From Eledone cirrhosa (Eukaryota), in the NCBI GenBank assembly GCA_964016885.1, contig OZ024740.1, positions 7,936,001-8,000,000 on the forward strand: 64,000 nt of DNA. The letters are read 5' to 3'. Made by a program: the position numbers and the translations under genes. The stretch's first letter is position 1, and every line of letters starts with the position of its first letter. A model generated the notes under the pieces. That model searched no databases, was not told the origin of the DNA, and was given only the letters and a program-made list of their open reading frames with translations. Positions 39,801 through 53,173 of the stretch are shown in pieces.

Positions 39801-42800
39801 GTCAGTTTCGATTGGTATGTCAATTTCGATTGGTATATCAGTTTTGATTAGTATGTCAGTTTCTATTGGTATATCAGTTTCGATTGGTATATCAGATTCG
39901 ATTGGTATGTCAGTTTCGATTAGTATATCAGTTTCTATTGGTATGTCAGTTTTAATTGGTATGTCAGTTTCGATTGGTATGTCAATTTCGATGGTATATC
40001 AGTTTCGATTAGTATGTCAGTTTCTATTGGTATATCAGTTTCGATTGGTATATCTGATTCGTTTGATATGTCAGTTTCTATTGTTAGATCAGTTACGATT
40101 GGTATGTTAGTTACTATTGGTATATCAGTTTCGATTAGTATATCAGTTTCTATTGGTATATCAGTTTCGATAGGTATGTTCGTCCTCGATTTGTATGTCA
40201 GTTTCTATTGGTATATCAGTTTCGATGGGTATGACATTTTCTATTGGTATATCAGTTTCTATTGGTATGTCAGTTTCTATTTGTATATCAGTTTCAATTG
40301 GTATGTTAGTTTCTATTGGTATGTCAGCTTCGATTAGTATATCAGTTTCTATTGGTATGTCAGTTTTGATTATTATATCAGTTACTATTGGTATCTCAGT
40401 TTCGATTGTTATGTCAGTTCCGATTAGTATATCAGTTCGATTGGTATGTCAGTTTCTATTGGTATATCAGTTTCTATTGGTATGTCAGTTTCTATTGGTA
40501 TGTCAGTTTCTATTGGTATGTCAGTTTCTATTGCTATATCAGTTTCTATTAGTATATCAGTTTTGATATGTATGTCACTTTCTATTGGTACATCAGTTTC
40601 GATTGGTATGTCAGTTTCTATTGGTATGTCAGTTTCGATTATTATATCAGTTACTATTGGCATGTCAGTTTCGATTGTTATGTCAGTTTCGATTGGTGTA
40701 TCAGTTTCTATTGGTATGACAGTTTCGATTGGTATATCAGTTTCGATTGGTATATCTGTTTCGATTGGTATGTCAGTTTCGATTAGTATATCAGTTTCTA
40801 TAGGTATATCAGTTTCTATTGGTATATCAGTTTTGATTGGTATATCAGTTTCGATTGGTATGTCAGTTTCGATTGGTACGTCAGTTTCTATTGGTATAGC
40901 AGTTTCGATTGATATATCCGTTTCGATTGGTATGTCCGTTTCGATTGGTATGTCAGTTTCGATTGGTATATCAGTTTCGAATGGTATGTCAGTTTCGATT
41001 GGTATGTCAGTTTATATTGGTATATCAGTTTCAATTGATATATCAGTTTCGATTAGTATATCAGTTTCTATTGGTATATCAGTTTCGATAGGTATGTTCG
41101 TCCTCGATTTGTATGTCAGTTTCTATTGGTATATCAGTTTCGATGGGTATGACAGTTTCTATTGGTATATCAGTTTCTATTGGTATGTCAGTTTCTATTC
41201 GTATATCAGTTTCAATTGGTATGTTAGTTTCTATTGGTATGTCAGCTTCGATTAGTATATCAGTTTCTATTGGTATGTCAGTTTCGATTATTATATCAGT
41301 TACTATTGGTATCTCAGTTTCGATTGTTATGTCAGTTTCGATTTGTATATCAGTTTCGATTGGTATGTCAGCTTCTATTGGTATATCAGTTTCTATTGGT
41401 ATGTCAGTTTCTATTGCTATATCAGTTTCGATTGTTATATCAGTTTTGATTAGTATGTCAGTTTCTATTGGTATGTCAGTTTCGATTGGTATATCAGTTT
41501 CTATTGGTATGTCAGTTTTGATTGGTATGTCAGTTTCGATTGGTATATCAGTTTCGATTAGTATATCAGTTTCGATTGTTATATCAGTTTCGATTGGTAT
41601 GTCAGTTTCTATTGGTATATCAGTTTCTATTGGTATATCAGTTTCGATTGGTATGTCAGTTTCGATTCGTATGTCAGTTTCTATCGGTATATCAGTTTCG
41701 ATTGATATATCAGTTTCGATTAGTATGTCAGTTTCTAATGGTATGTCAGTTTCGATTAGTTATCAGTTTCTTTTGGTATATCAGTTTCGATCGGTATGTC
41801 ATTTTCGATTGGTATATCAGTTTCGATTAGTATATCAGTTTCGATTGTTATATCAGTTTCGATTGGTATGTCAGTTTCTATTGGTATGTCAGTTTCGATT
41901 GGTATGTCAGTTTCGATTGGTATGTCAATTTCGATTGGTATATCAGTTTTGATTAGTATGTCAGTTTCTATTGGTATATCAGTTTCGATTGGTATATCAG
42001 ATTCGATTGGTATGTCAGTTTCGATTAGTATATCAGTTTCTATTGGTATGTCAGTTTTGATTGGTATGTCAGTTTCGATTGGTATGTCAGTTTCGATTGG
42101 TATATCAGTTTCGATTAGTATGTCAGTTTCTATTGGTATATCAGTTTCGATTGGTTTATCTGATCCATTTGATATGTCAGTTTCTATTGGTAGATCAGTT
42201 ACGATTGGTATGTTAGTTACTATTGGTATATCAGTTTCGATTAGTATATCAGTTTCTATTGGTATATCAGTTTCGATAGGTATGTTCGTCCTCGATTTGT
42301 ATGTCAGTTTCTATTGGTATATCAGTTTCGATGGGTATGTCAGTTACTATTGGTATATCAGTTTCTATTGGTATGTCAATTTCTATTTGTATATCAGTTT
42401 CAATTGATATGTTAGTTTCTATTGGTATGTCAGCTTCGATTAGTATATCAGTTTCTATTGGTATGTCAGTTTTGATTATTATATCAGTTACTATTGGTAT
42501 CTCAGTTTCGATTGTTATGTCAGTTCCGATTAGTATATCAGTTCGATTGGTATGTCAGTTTCTATTGGTATATCAGTTTCTATTGGTATGTCAGTTTCTA
42601 TTGGTATGTCAGTTTCTATTGGTATGTCAGTTTCTATTGCTATATCAGTTTCTATTAGTATATCAGTTTTGATAGGTATGTCACTTTCTATTGGTACATC
42701 AGTTTCGATTGGTATGTCAGTTTCTATTGGTATGTCAGTTTCGATTATTATATCAGTTACTATTGGCATGTCAGTTTCGATTGTTATGTCAGTTTCGATT

Positions 42801-45800
42801 GGTGTATCAGTTTCTATTGGTATGACAGTTTCGATTGGTATATCAGTTTCGATTGGTATATCTGTTTCGATTGGTATGTCAGTTTCGATTAGTATATCAG
42901 TTTCTATAGGTATATCAGTTTCTATTGGTATATCAGTTTTGATTGGTATATCAGTTTCGATTGGTATGTCAGTTTCGATTGGTACGTCAGTTTCTATTGG
43001 TATAGCAGTTTCGATTGATATATCCGTTTCGATTGGTATGTCAGTTTCGATTGGTATGTCAGTTTCGATTGTTATATCAGTTTCGAATGGTATGTCAGTT
43101 TCGATTGGTATGTCAGTTTATATTGGTATATCAGTTTCGATTGATATATCAGTTTCGATTAGTATATCAGTTTCTATTGGTATATCAGTTTCGATGGGTA
43201 TGACAGTTTCTATTGGTACATCAGTTTCTATTGGTATGTCAGTTTCTATTTGTATATCAGTTTCAATTGGTATGTTAGTTTCTATTGGTATGTCAGCTTC
43301 GATTAGTATATCAGTTTCTATTGGTATGTCAGTTTCGATTATTATATCAGTTACTATTGGTATCTCAGTTTCGATTGTTATGTCAGTTTCTATTGGTATA
43401 TCAGTTTCTATTGGTATGTCAGTTTCTATTGCTATATCAGTTTCGATTGTTATATCAGTTTTGATTAGTATGTCAGTTTCTATTGGTATGTCAGTTTCGA
43501 TTGGTATATCAGTTTCTATTGGTATGTCAGTTTTGATTGGTATGTCAGTTTCGATTGGTATATCAGTTTCGATTAGTATATCAGTTTCGATTGTTATATC
43601 AGTTTCGATTGGTATGTCAGTTTCTATTGGTATATCAGTTTCTATTGGTATATCAGTTTCGATTGGTATGTCAGTTTCTATTGGTATGTCAGTTTCTATT
43701 GGTATATCAGTTTCGATTGATATATCAGTTTCGATTAGTATGTCAGTTTCTAATGGTATGTCAGTTTCGATTAGTTTATCAGTTTCTATTGGCATATCAG
43801 TTTCTATTTGCATTTTAGTTTCGATTGGTATGTCAATTTCGATTGGTATATCAGTTTCGATTAGTATGTCAGTTTCTATTGGTATATCAGTTTCGATCGG
43901 TATGTCATTTTCGATTGGTATATCAGTTTCGATTAGTATATCAGTTTCGATTGTTATATCAGTTTCGATTGGTATGTCAGTGTCTATTGGTATATCAGTT
44001 TCTATTGGTATGTCAGTTTCGATTGGTATGTCAATTTCGATTGGTATATCAGTTTTGATTAGTATGTCAGTTTCTATTGGTATATCAGTTTCGATTGGTA
44101 TATCAGATTCGATTGGTATGTCAGTTTCGATTAGTATATCAGTTTCTATTGGTATGTCAGTTTTGATTGGTATGTCAGTTTCGATTGGTATGTCAATTTC
44201 GATTGGTATATCAGTTTCGATTAGTATGTCAGTTTCTATTGGTATATCAGTTTCGATTGGTATATCTGATTCGTTTAATATGTCAGTTTCTATTGGTAGA
44301 TCAGTTACGATTGGTATGTTAGTTACTATTGGTATATCAGTTTCGATTAGTATATCAGTTTCTATTGGTATATCAGTTTCTATAGGTATGTTCGTCCTCG
44401 ATTTGTATGTCAGTTTCTATTGGTATATCAGTTTCGATGGGTATGTCAGTTTCTATTGGTATATCAGTTTCTATTGGTATGTCAATTTCTATTTGTATAT
44501 CAGTTTAAATTGATATGTTAGTTTCTATTGGTATGTCAGCTTCGATTAGTATATCAGTTTCTATTGGTATGTCAGTTTTGATTATTATATCAGTTACTAT
44601 TGGTATCTCAGTTTCGATTGTTATGTCAGTTCCGATTAGTATATCAGTTCGATTGGTATGTCAGTTTCTATTGGTATATCAGTTTCTATTGGTATGTCAG
44701 TTTCTATTGCTATATCAGTTTCTATTAGTATATCAGTTTTGATAGGTATGTCACTTTCTATTGGTACATCAGTTTCGATTGGTATGTCAGTTTCTATTGG
44801 TATGTCAGTTTCGATTATAATATCAGTTACTATTGGCATGTCAGTTTCGATTGTTATGTCAGTTTCGATTGGTGTATCAGTTTCTATTGGTATGACAGTT
44901 TCGATTGGTATATCAGTTTCGATTGGTATATCTGTTTCGATTGGTATGTCAGTTTCGATTAGTATATCAGTTTCTATAGGTATATCAGTTTCTATTGGTA
45001 TATCAGTTTTGATTGGTATATCAGTTTCGATTGGTATGTCAGTTTCGATTGGTACGTCAGTTTCTATTGTTATAGCAGTTTCGATTGATATATCCGTTTC
45101 GATTGGTATGTCAGTTTCTATTGGTATATCAGTTTCGAATGGTATGTCAGTTTCGATTGGTATGTCAGTTTATATTGGTATATCAGTTTCGATTGATATA
45201 TCAATTTCGATTAGTATGTCAGTTTCTAAAGTTATGTCAGTTTCGATTAGTATATCAGTTTCTATTGGTATGTCAGTTTCGATTGGTATGTCAGTTTAGA
45301 TTGGTATATCAGTTTCGATTAGTATATCAGTTTCGATTGTTATATCAGTTTCGATTGGTATGTCAGTTTTAATTGGTATGTCAGTTTCGATTGGTATGTC
45401 AATTTCGATTGGTATATCAGTTTCGATTGTTATGTCAATTTCGATTGGTATATCAGTTTCGATTAGTATGTCAGTTTCTATTTGTATATCAGTTCCGATT
45501 GGTATGTCAGTTTCGATTGGTATTTCAGTTTCGATTGGTATGTCAATTTCGATTGGTATATCAGTTTCGATTGGTATATCTGTTTCGATTGGTATGTCAG
45601 TTTCTATTGGTATATCAGTTTGGATTGATATATCAGTTTTGATTAGTATGTCAGTTTCTAATGGTATGTCAGTTTCGATTAGTTTATCAGTTTTTATTGG
45701 TATGTCAGTTTCGATTGGTATGTCAGTTTCGATTGGTATATTAGTTTCGATTAGAATATCAGTTTCGATTGTTATATCAGTTTCGATTGGTATGTCAGTT

Positions 45801-47748
45801 TCTATTGGTATATCAGTTTCTATTGGTATGTCAGATTCGATTGGTATGTCAGTGTCGATTGGTATGTCAATTTCGATTGGTATATCAGTTTTCGATTAGT
45901 ATGTCAGTTTCTATTGGTATATCAGTTTCGATCGGTATGTCAGTTTCGATTGGTATATCAGTTTCGATTAGTATATCAGTTTCGATTGTTATATCAGTTT
46001 CGATTGGTATGTCAGTTTCTATTGGTATATCAGTTTCTATTGGTATGTCAGTTTCGATTGGTATGTCAGTTTCGATTGGTATGTCAATTTCGATTGGTAT
46101 ATCAGTTTCGATTGGTATATCAGTTTCGATTAGTACGTCAGTTTCTATTGGTATATCAGTTTCGATTGGTATATCTGTTTCGATTGGTATGTCAGTTTCT
46201 ATTGGTATATCAGTTTGGATTGATATATCAGTTTTGATTAGTATGTCAGTTTCTAATGGTATGTCAGTTTCGATTAGTTTATCAGTTTTTATTGGTATGT
46301 CAGTTTCGATCGGTATGTCAGTTTCGATTGGTATATTAGTTTCGATTAGTATATCAGTTTCGATTGTTATATCAGTTTCGATTGGTATGTCAGTTTCTAT
46401 TGGTATATCAGTTTCTATTGGTATGTCAGATTCGATTGGTATGTCAGTGTCGATTGGTATGTCAATTTCGATTGGTATATCAGTTTCGATTAGTATGTCA
46501 GTTTCTATTGGTATATCAGTTTCGATCGGTATGTCAGTTTCGATTGGTATATCAGTTTCGATTAGTATATCAGTTTCGATTGTTATATCAGTTTCGATTG
46601 GTATGTCAGTTTCTATTGGTATATCAGTTTCTATTGGTATGTCAGTTTCGATTGGTATGTCAGTTTCGATTGGTATGTCAATTTCGATTGGTATATCTGT
46701 TTCTATTGGTATGTCAGATTCGATTGGTATGTCAGTTTCGATTGGTATGTCAATTTCGATTGGTATATCAGTTTCGATTAGTATGTCAGTTTCTATTGGT
46801 ATATCAGTTTCGATCGGTATGTCAGTTTCGATTGGTATATCAGTTTCGATTAGTATATCAGTTTCGATTGTTATATCAGTTTCGATTGGTATGTCAGTTT
46901 CTATTGGTATATCAGTTTCTATTGGTATGTCAGTTTCGATTGGTATGTCAGTTTCGATTGGTATGTCAATTTCGATTGGTATATCAGTTTTGATTAGTAT
47001 GTCAGTTTCTATTGGTATATCAGTTTCGATTGGTATATCAGTTTCGATTAGTATATCAGTTTCGATCGGTATGTCAGTTTCGATTAGTATATCAGTTTCT
47101 ATTGGTATGTCAGTTTTGATTGGTATGTCAGTTTCGATTGGTATGTCAATTTCGATTGGTATATCAGTTTCGATTAGTATGTCAGTTTCTATTGGTATAT
47201 CAGTTTCGATTGGTATATCTGATTCGTTTGCTATGTCAGTTTCTATTGGTAGATCAGTTACGATTGGTATGTTAGTTACTATTGTTATATCAGTTTCGAT
47301 TAGTATATCAGTTTCTATTGGTATATCAGTTTCGATAGGTATGTTCGTCCTCGATTTGTATGTCAGTTTCTATTGGTATATCAGTTTCGATGGGTATGAC
47401 AGTTTCTATTGGTATATCAGATTCTATTGGTATGTCAGTTTCTATTTGTATATCAGTTTCAATTGGTATGTTAGTTTCTATTGGTATGTCAGCTTCGATT
47501 AGTATATCAGTTTCTATTGGTATGTCAGTTTCGATTATTATATAAGTTACTATTGGTATCTCAGTTTCGATTGTTATGTCAGTTTCGATTTGTATATCAG
47601 TTTCGATTGGTATGTCAGTTTCTATTGGTATATCAGTTTCTATTTGTATGTCAGTTTCTATTGCTATATCAGTTTCTATTAGTATATCAGTTTCGATAGG
47701 TATGTCACTTTCTATTGGTACATCTATTGGTACATCTATTGGTACATC
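24801..47748 (+). repeat. 18-bp satellite, middle segment
   Basis: Same monomer and orientation. Higher-order offsets of 1638-1764, 6861-6987 and 2106 bp are visible from recurring variants and ORF pairs. Confidence 0.99.
47711..47748 (+). repeat. (TCTATTGGTACA)x3 triplication at the 5' junction of the LINE stub
   Basis: Three exact 12-mers at 47711, 47723 and 47735. Sister copies (37701, 42687, 44757) have one. Confidence 0.93.
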
Positions 47749-47815
47749 CCATCCAAACCCATGCAAGCGTGGAACACGGACGTTACATGTTGATGATGAT
47801 GATGATGATGATGAT
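47749..47815 (+). mobile_element. Extremely 5'-truncated RTE-family LINE (or partner SINE) 3' end with (GAT)8 tail
   Basis: CCCATCCAAACCCATGCAAGCGTGGAACACGGACGTTACATGTT aligns by hand to LINE 24744-24787 at 35 of 45 columns; (GAT)8 at 47792-47815. Confidence 0.9.
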
Positions 47816-48868
47816 ATCAGTTTTGATTGGTATATCAGTTTCGATTAGTATATCAGTTTCGATTGGTATGTCAGTTTCGATCGGTATGTCAGTTTCTATT
47901 GGTATATCAGTTTTGATTAGTATATCAGTCTCGATTGGTATGTCAGTTTATATTGGTATATCAGTTTCGATTGATATATTAGTTTCGATTAGTATGTCAG
48001 TTTCTAAAGGTATGTCAGTTTCAATTGTTATATCAGTTTCTATTGGTATGTCAGTTTCAATTGTATGTCAGTTTAGATTGGTATATCAGTTTCGATTAGT
48101 ATATCAGTTTCGATTGTTATATCAGTTTCGATTGGTATGTCAGTTTTGATTGGTATGTCAGTTTCGATTGGTATGTCAATTTCGATTGGTATATCAGTTT
48201 CGATTAGTATGTCAGTTTCTATTGGTATATCAGTTTCGATTGGTATGTCAGTTTAGATTGGTATATCAGTTTCGATTAGTATATCAGTTTCGATTGTTAT
48301 ATCAGTTTCAATTGGTATGTCAGTTTCTATTGGTATGTCAGTTTCGATTGGTATGTCAATTTCGATTGGTATATCAGTTTCGATTAGTATGTCAGTTTCT
48401 ATTGGTATATCAGTTTCTATTGGTATGTCAGTTTCGATTGGTATATCAATTTCGATTAGTATATCAGTTTCTATTGGTATGTCAGTTTCTATTGCTATAT
48501 CAGTTTCTATTAGTATATCAGTTTCGATAGGTATGTCAGTTTCTATTGGTATGTCAGTTTCGATTATTATATCAGTTACTATTGGCATGTCAGTTTCGAT
48601 TGTTATGTCAATTTCGATTGGTATATCAGTTTCTATTGGTATGACAGTTTCGATTGGTATATCAGTTTCGATTGGTATATTTGTTTCGATTGGTATGTCA
48701 GTTTCGATTAGTATATCAGTTTCTATAGGTATATCAGTTTCTATTGGTATATCAGTTTTGATTGGTATATCAGTTTCGATTAGTATATCAGTTTCGATTG
48801 GTATGTCAGTTTCGATTGGTATGTCAGTTTCTATTGGTATATCAGTTTCGATTGGTATATCAGTTTCG

Positions 48869-51800
48869 ATTGGTATGTCAGTTTATATTGGTATATCAGT
48901 TTCGATTGATATATCAGTTTCGATTAGTATGTCAGTTTCTAAAGGTATGTCAGTTTCAATTAGTATATCAGTTTCTATTGGTATGTCAGTTTCAATTGTA
49001 TGTCAGTTTAGATTGGTATATCAGTTTCGATTAGTATATCAGTTTCGATTGTTATATCAGTTTCGATTGGTATGTCAGTTTTGATTGGTATGTCAGTTTC
49101 GATTGGTATGTCAATTTCGATTGGTATATCAGTTTCGATCAGTATGTCAGTTTCGATTGGTATGTCAGTTTCTATTGGTATGTCAGTTTCTATTGGTATG
49201 TCAGTTTCGATTGGTATGTCAATTTCGATTGGTATATCAGTTTCGATTAGTATGTCAGTTTCTATTGGTATATCAGTTTCTATTGGTATGTCAGTTTCGA
49301 TTGGTATATCAGTTTCGATTAGTATATCAGTTTCGATTGTTATATCAGTTTCGATTGGTATGTCAGTTTCAAGTGGTATATCAGTTTCTATTGGTATGTC
49401 AGTTTCGATTTGTATGTCAGTTTCGATTGGTATGTCAATTTCGAATGGTATGTCAGTTTAGATTAGTATATCAGTTTCTATTGGTATGTCAGTTTCGATT
49501 GGTATGTCAATTTCGATTGGTATATCAGTTTCGATTGGTATATCAGTTTCTATTGGTATGTCAGTTTCGATTGGTATGTCAGTTTCGATTGGTATGTCAA
49601 TTTCGATTGGTATATCAGTTTCGATTATTATGTCATTTTCTATTGGTATATCAGTTTCGATTAGTATATCAGTTTCTATTGGTAGATCAGTTACGGTTGG
49701 TATGTTAGTTACTATTGGTATATCAGTTTCGATTGATATATCAGTTTCGATTAGTATGTCAGTTTCTAATGGTATGTCAGTTTCGATTAGTATCTCAGAT
49801 TCTATTGGTATGTCAGTTTCGATAGGTATGCTAGTCCTCGATTTGTATGTCAGTTTCTATTGGAATATCAGTTTCGATGGGTATGTCAGTTTCGATTGGT
49901 ATGTCAGTTTCTATTGGTATATCAGTTTCTATAATTATATCAGTTTCAATTTTTATGTCAGTTTCTATTGGTATATCAGTTTCTATTGGTATGTCAGTTT
50001 CTGTTTGTATATCAGTTTCAATTGGTATGTTATTTTCTATTGGTAACTCAGCTTCGATTAGTATATCAGTTTCTATTGGTATGTCAGTTTCGATTGGTAT
50101 GTCAGTTTCGATTGGTATATCAGTTTCTATTGGTATGTCAGTTTCAATTGGTATGTCAGTTTCGATTAGTATATCAGTTTCGATTGGTATATAAGTTTCG
50201 ATTAGTATATGAGTTTCTATTGGTACGTCAGTTTCTATTGGTATATCTGCTTCTATTGGTATGTCAGTTTTCGATAGGTATATCAGTTACTATTAGTATG
50301 TCAGTTTCGATTGGTATGTCAGTTTCGATTCGTATATCAGTTTCGATTGGTATGTCAGTTTGGATTGATATGTTAGTTTCGATTGGTATGTCAGTTTCGA
50401 TTGGTATGTCAGTTTCGATTGGTATATCAATTCGATTGGTACATCAGTTTCTATTAGTATGTCAGTTTCTATTGGTATATCGGTTTCGATTGGTATGTCA
50501 GTTTTGATTGGTATATCAGTCACTACTGGTATGTCAGTTTCGATTAGTATATCAGTTTCTATTGGTATGACAGTTTCCATTGGTATGTCAGTTTCTATTG
50601 CTATATCAGTTTTGATTGGTATATCAGTTTCGATTCGTATATCAGTTTCGATTGGTATGTCAGTTTCTATTGGTATATCAGTTTCTATTGGTATGTCAGT
50701 TTCGATAGGTATGTCTGTTTCTATTGGTATATCAGTTTTGATTGGTATATATGTTTCGATTGGTATATCAGTTTCTATTAGTATTTCAGTTTCTATAGTT
50801 ATATCAGTTTCGATTGGTATATCAGTTTCAATTTGTATGTCAGTTTCTATTGGTATATCAGTTCCTATTGGTATGACAGGTTTGATTGGTATGTCAGTTT
50901 AGATTGTTATGTTAGTCCTAGATTTGTATGTCAGTTTCTATTGGTATATCAGCTTTCGATTGGTATATCAGTTTCAATTTGTATGTCAGTTTCTATTGGT
51001 ATATCAATTCCTATTGGTATGTCAGTTTATATTGGTATATCAGTTTCGATTGATATATCAGTTTCGATTAGTATGTCAGTTTCTAAAGGTATGTCAGTTT
51101 CAATTAGTATATCAGTTTCTATTGGTATGTCAGTTTCAATTGTATGTCAGTTTAGATTGGTATATCAGTTTCGATTAGTATATCAGTTTCGATTGTTATA
51201 TCAGTTTCGATTGGTATGTCAGTTTTGATTGGTATGTCAGTTTCGATTGGTATGTCAATTTCGATTGGTATATCAGTTTCGATCAGTATGTCAGTTTCGA
51301 TTGGTATGTCAGTTTCTATTGGTATGTCAGTTTCTATTGGTATGTCAGTTTCGATTGGTATGTCAATTTCGATTGGTATATCAGTTTCGATTAGTATGTC
51401 AGTTTCTATTGGTATATCAGTTTCTATTGGTATGTCAGTTTCGATTGGTATATCAGTTTCGATTAGTATATCAGTTTCGATTGTTATATCAGTTTCGATT
51501 GGTATGTCAGTTTCAAGTGGTATATCAGTTTCTATTGGTATGTCAGTTTCGATTTGTATGTCAGTTTCGATTGGTATGTCAATTTCGAATGGTATGTCAG
51601 TTTAGATTAGTATATCAGTTTCTATTGGTATGTCAGTTTCGATTGGTATGTCAATTTCGATTGGTATATCAGTTTCGATTGGTATATCAGTTTCTATTGG
51701 TATGTCAGTTTCGATTGGTATGTCAGTTTCGATTGGTATGTCAATTTCGATTGGTATATCAGTTTCGATTATTATGTCATTTTCTATTGGTATATCAGTT

Positions 51801-53173
51801 TCGATTAGTATATCAGTTTCTATTGGTAGATCAGTTACGGTTGGTATGTTAGTTACTATTGGTATATCAGTTTCGATTGATATATCAGTTTCGATTAGTA
51901 TGTCAGTTTCTAATGGTATGTCAGTTTCGATTAGTATCTCAGATTCTATTGGTATGTCAGTTTCGATAGGTATGCTAGTCCTCGATTTGTATGTCAGTTT
52001 CTATTGGAATATCAGTTTCGATGGGTATGTCAGTTTCGATTGGTATGTCAGTTTCTATTGGTATATCAGTTTCTATAATTATATCAGTTTCAATTTTTAT
52101 GTCAGTTTCTATTGGTATATCAGTTTCTATTGGTATGTCAGTTTCTGTTTGTATATCAGTTTCAATTGGTATGTTATTTTCTATTGGTAACTCAGCTTCG
52201 ATTAGTATATCAGTTTCTATTGGTATGTCAGTTTCGATTGGTATGTCAGTTTCGATTGGTATATCAGTTTCTATTGGTATGTCAGTTTCAATTGGTATGT
52301 CAGTTTCGATTAGTATATCAGTTTCGATTGGTATATAAGTTTCGATTAGTATATGAGTTTCTATTGGTACGTCAGTTTCTATTGGTATATCTGCTTCTAT
52401 TGGTATGTCAGTTTTCGATAGGTATATCAGTTACTATTAGTATGTCAGTTTCGATTGGTATGTCAGTTTCGATTCGTATATCAGTTTCGATTGGTATGTC
52501 AGTTTGGATTGATATGTTAGTTTCGATTGGTATGTCAGTTTCGATTGGTATGTCAGTTTCGATTGGTATATCAATTCGATTGGTACATCAGTTTCTATTA
52601 GTATGTCAGTTTCTATTGGTATATCGGTTTCGATTGGTATGTCAGTTTTGATTGGTATATCAGTCACTACTGGTATGTCAGTTTCGATTAGTATATCAGT
52701 TTCTATTGGTATGACAGTTTCCATTGGTATGTCAGTTTCTATTGGTATATCAGTTTTGATTGGTATATCAGTTTCGATTCGTATATCAGTTTCGATTGGT
52801 ATGTCAGTTTCTATTGGTATATCAGTTTCTATTGGTATGTCAGTTTCGATAGGTATGTCTGTTTCTATTGGTATATCAGTTTTGATTGGTATATATGTTT
52901 CGATTGGTATATCAGTTTCTATTAGTATTTCAGTTTCTATAGTTATATCAGTTTCGATTGGTATATCAGTTTCAATTTGTATGTCAGTTTCTATTGGTAT
53001 ATCAGTTCCTATTGGTATGACAGGTTTGATTGGTATGTCAGTTTAGATTGTTATGTTAGTCCTAGATTTGTATGTCAGTTTCTATTGGTATATCAGCTTT
53101 CGATTGGTATATCAGTTTCAATTTGTATGTCAGTTTCTATTGGTATATCAATTCCTATTGGTATGTCAGTTTA
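48869..53173 (+). repeat. Near-identical tandem duplication, 2144-bp unit
   Basis: ORF pairs 49072/51216, 49486/51630, 49847/51991, 50459/52603, 50833/52977. One SNV noticed (50601 vs 52745). Confidence 0.93.
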
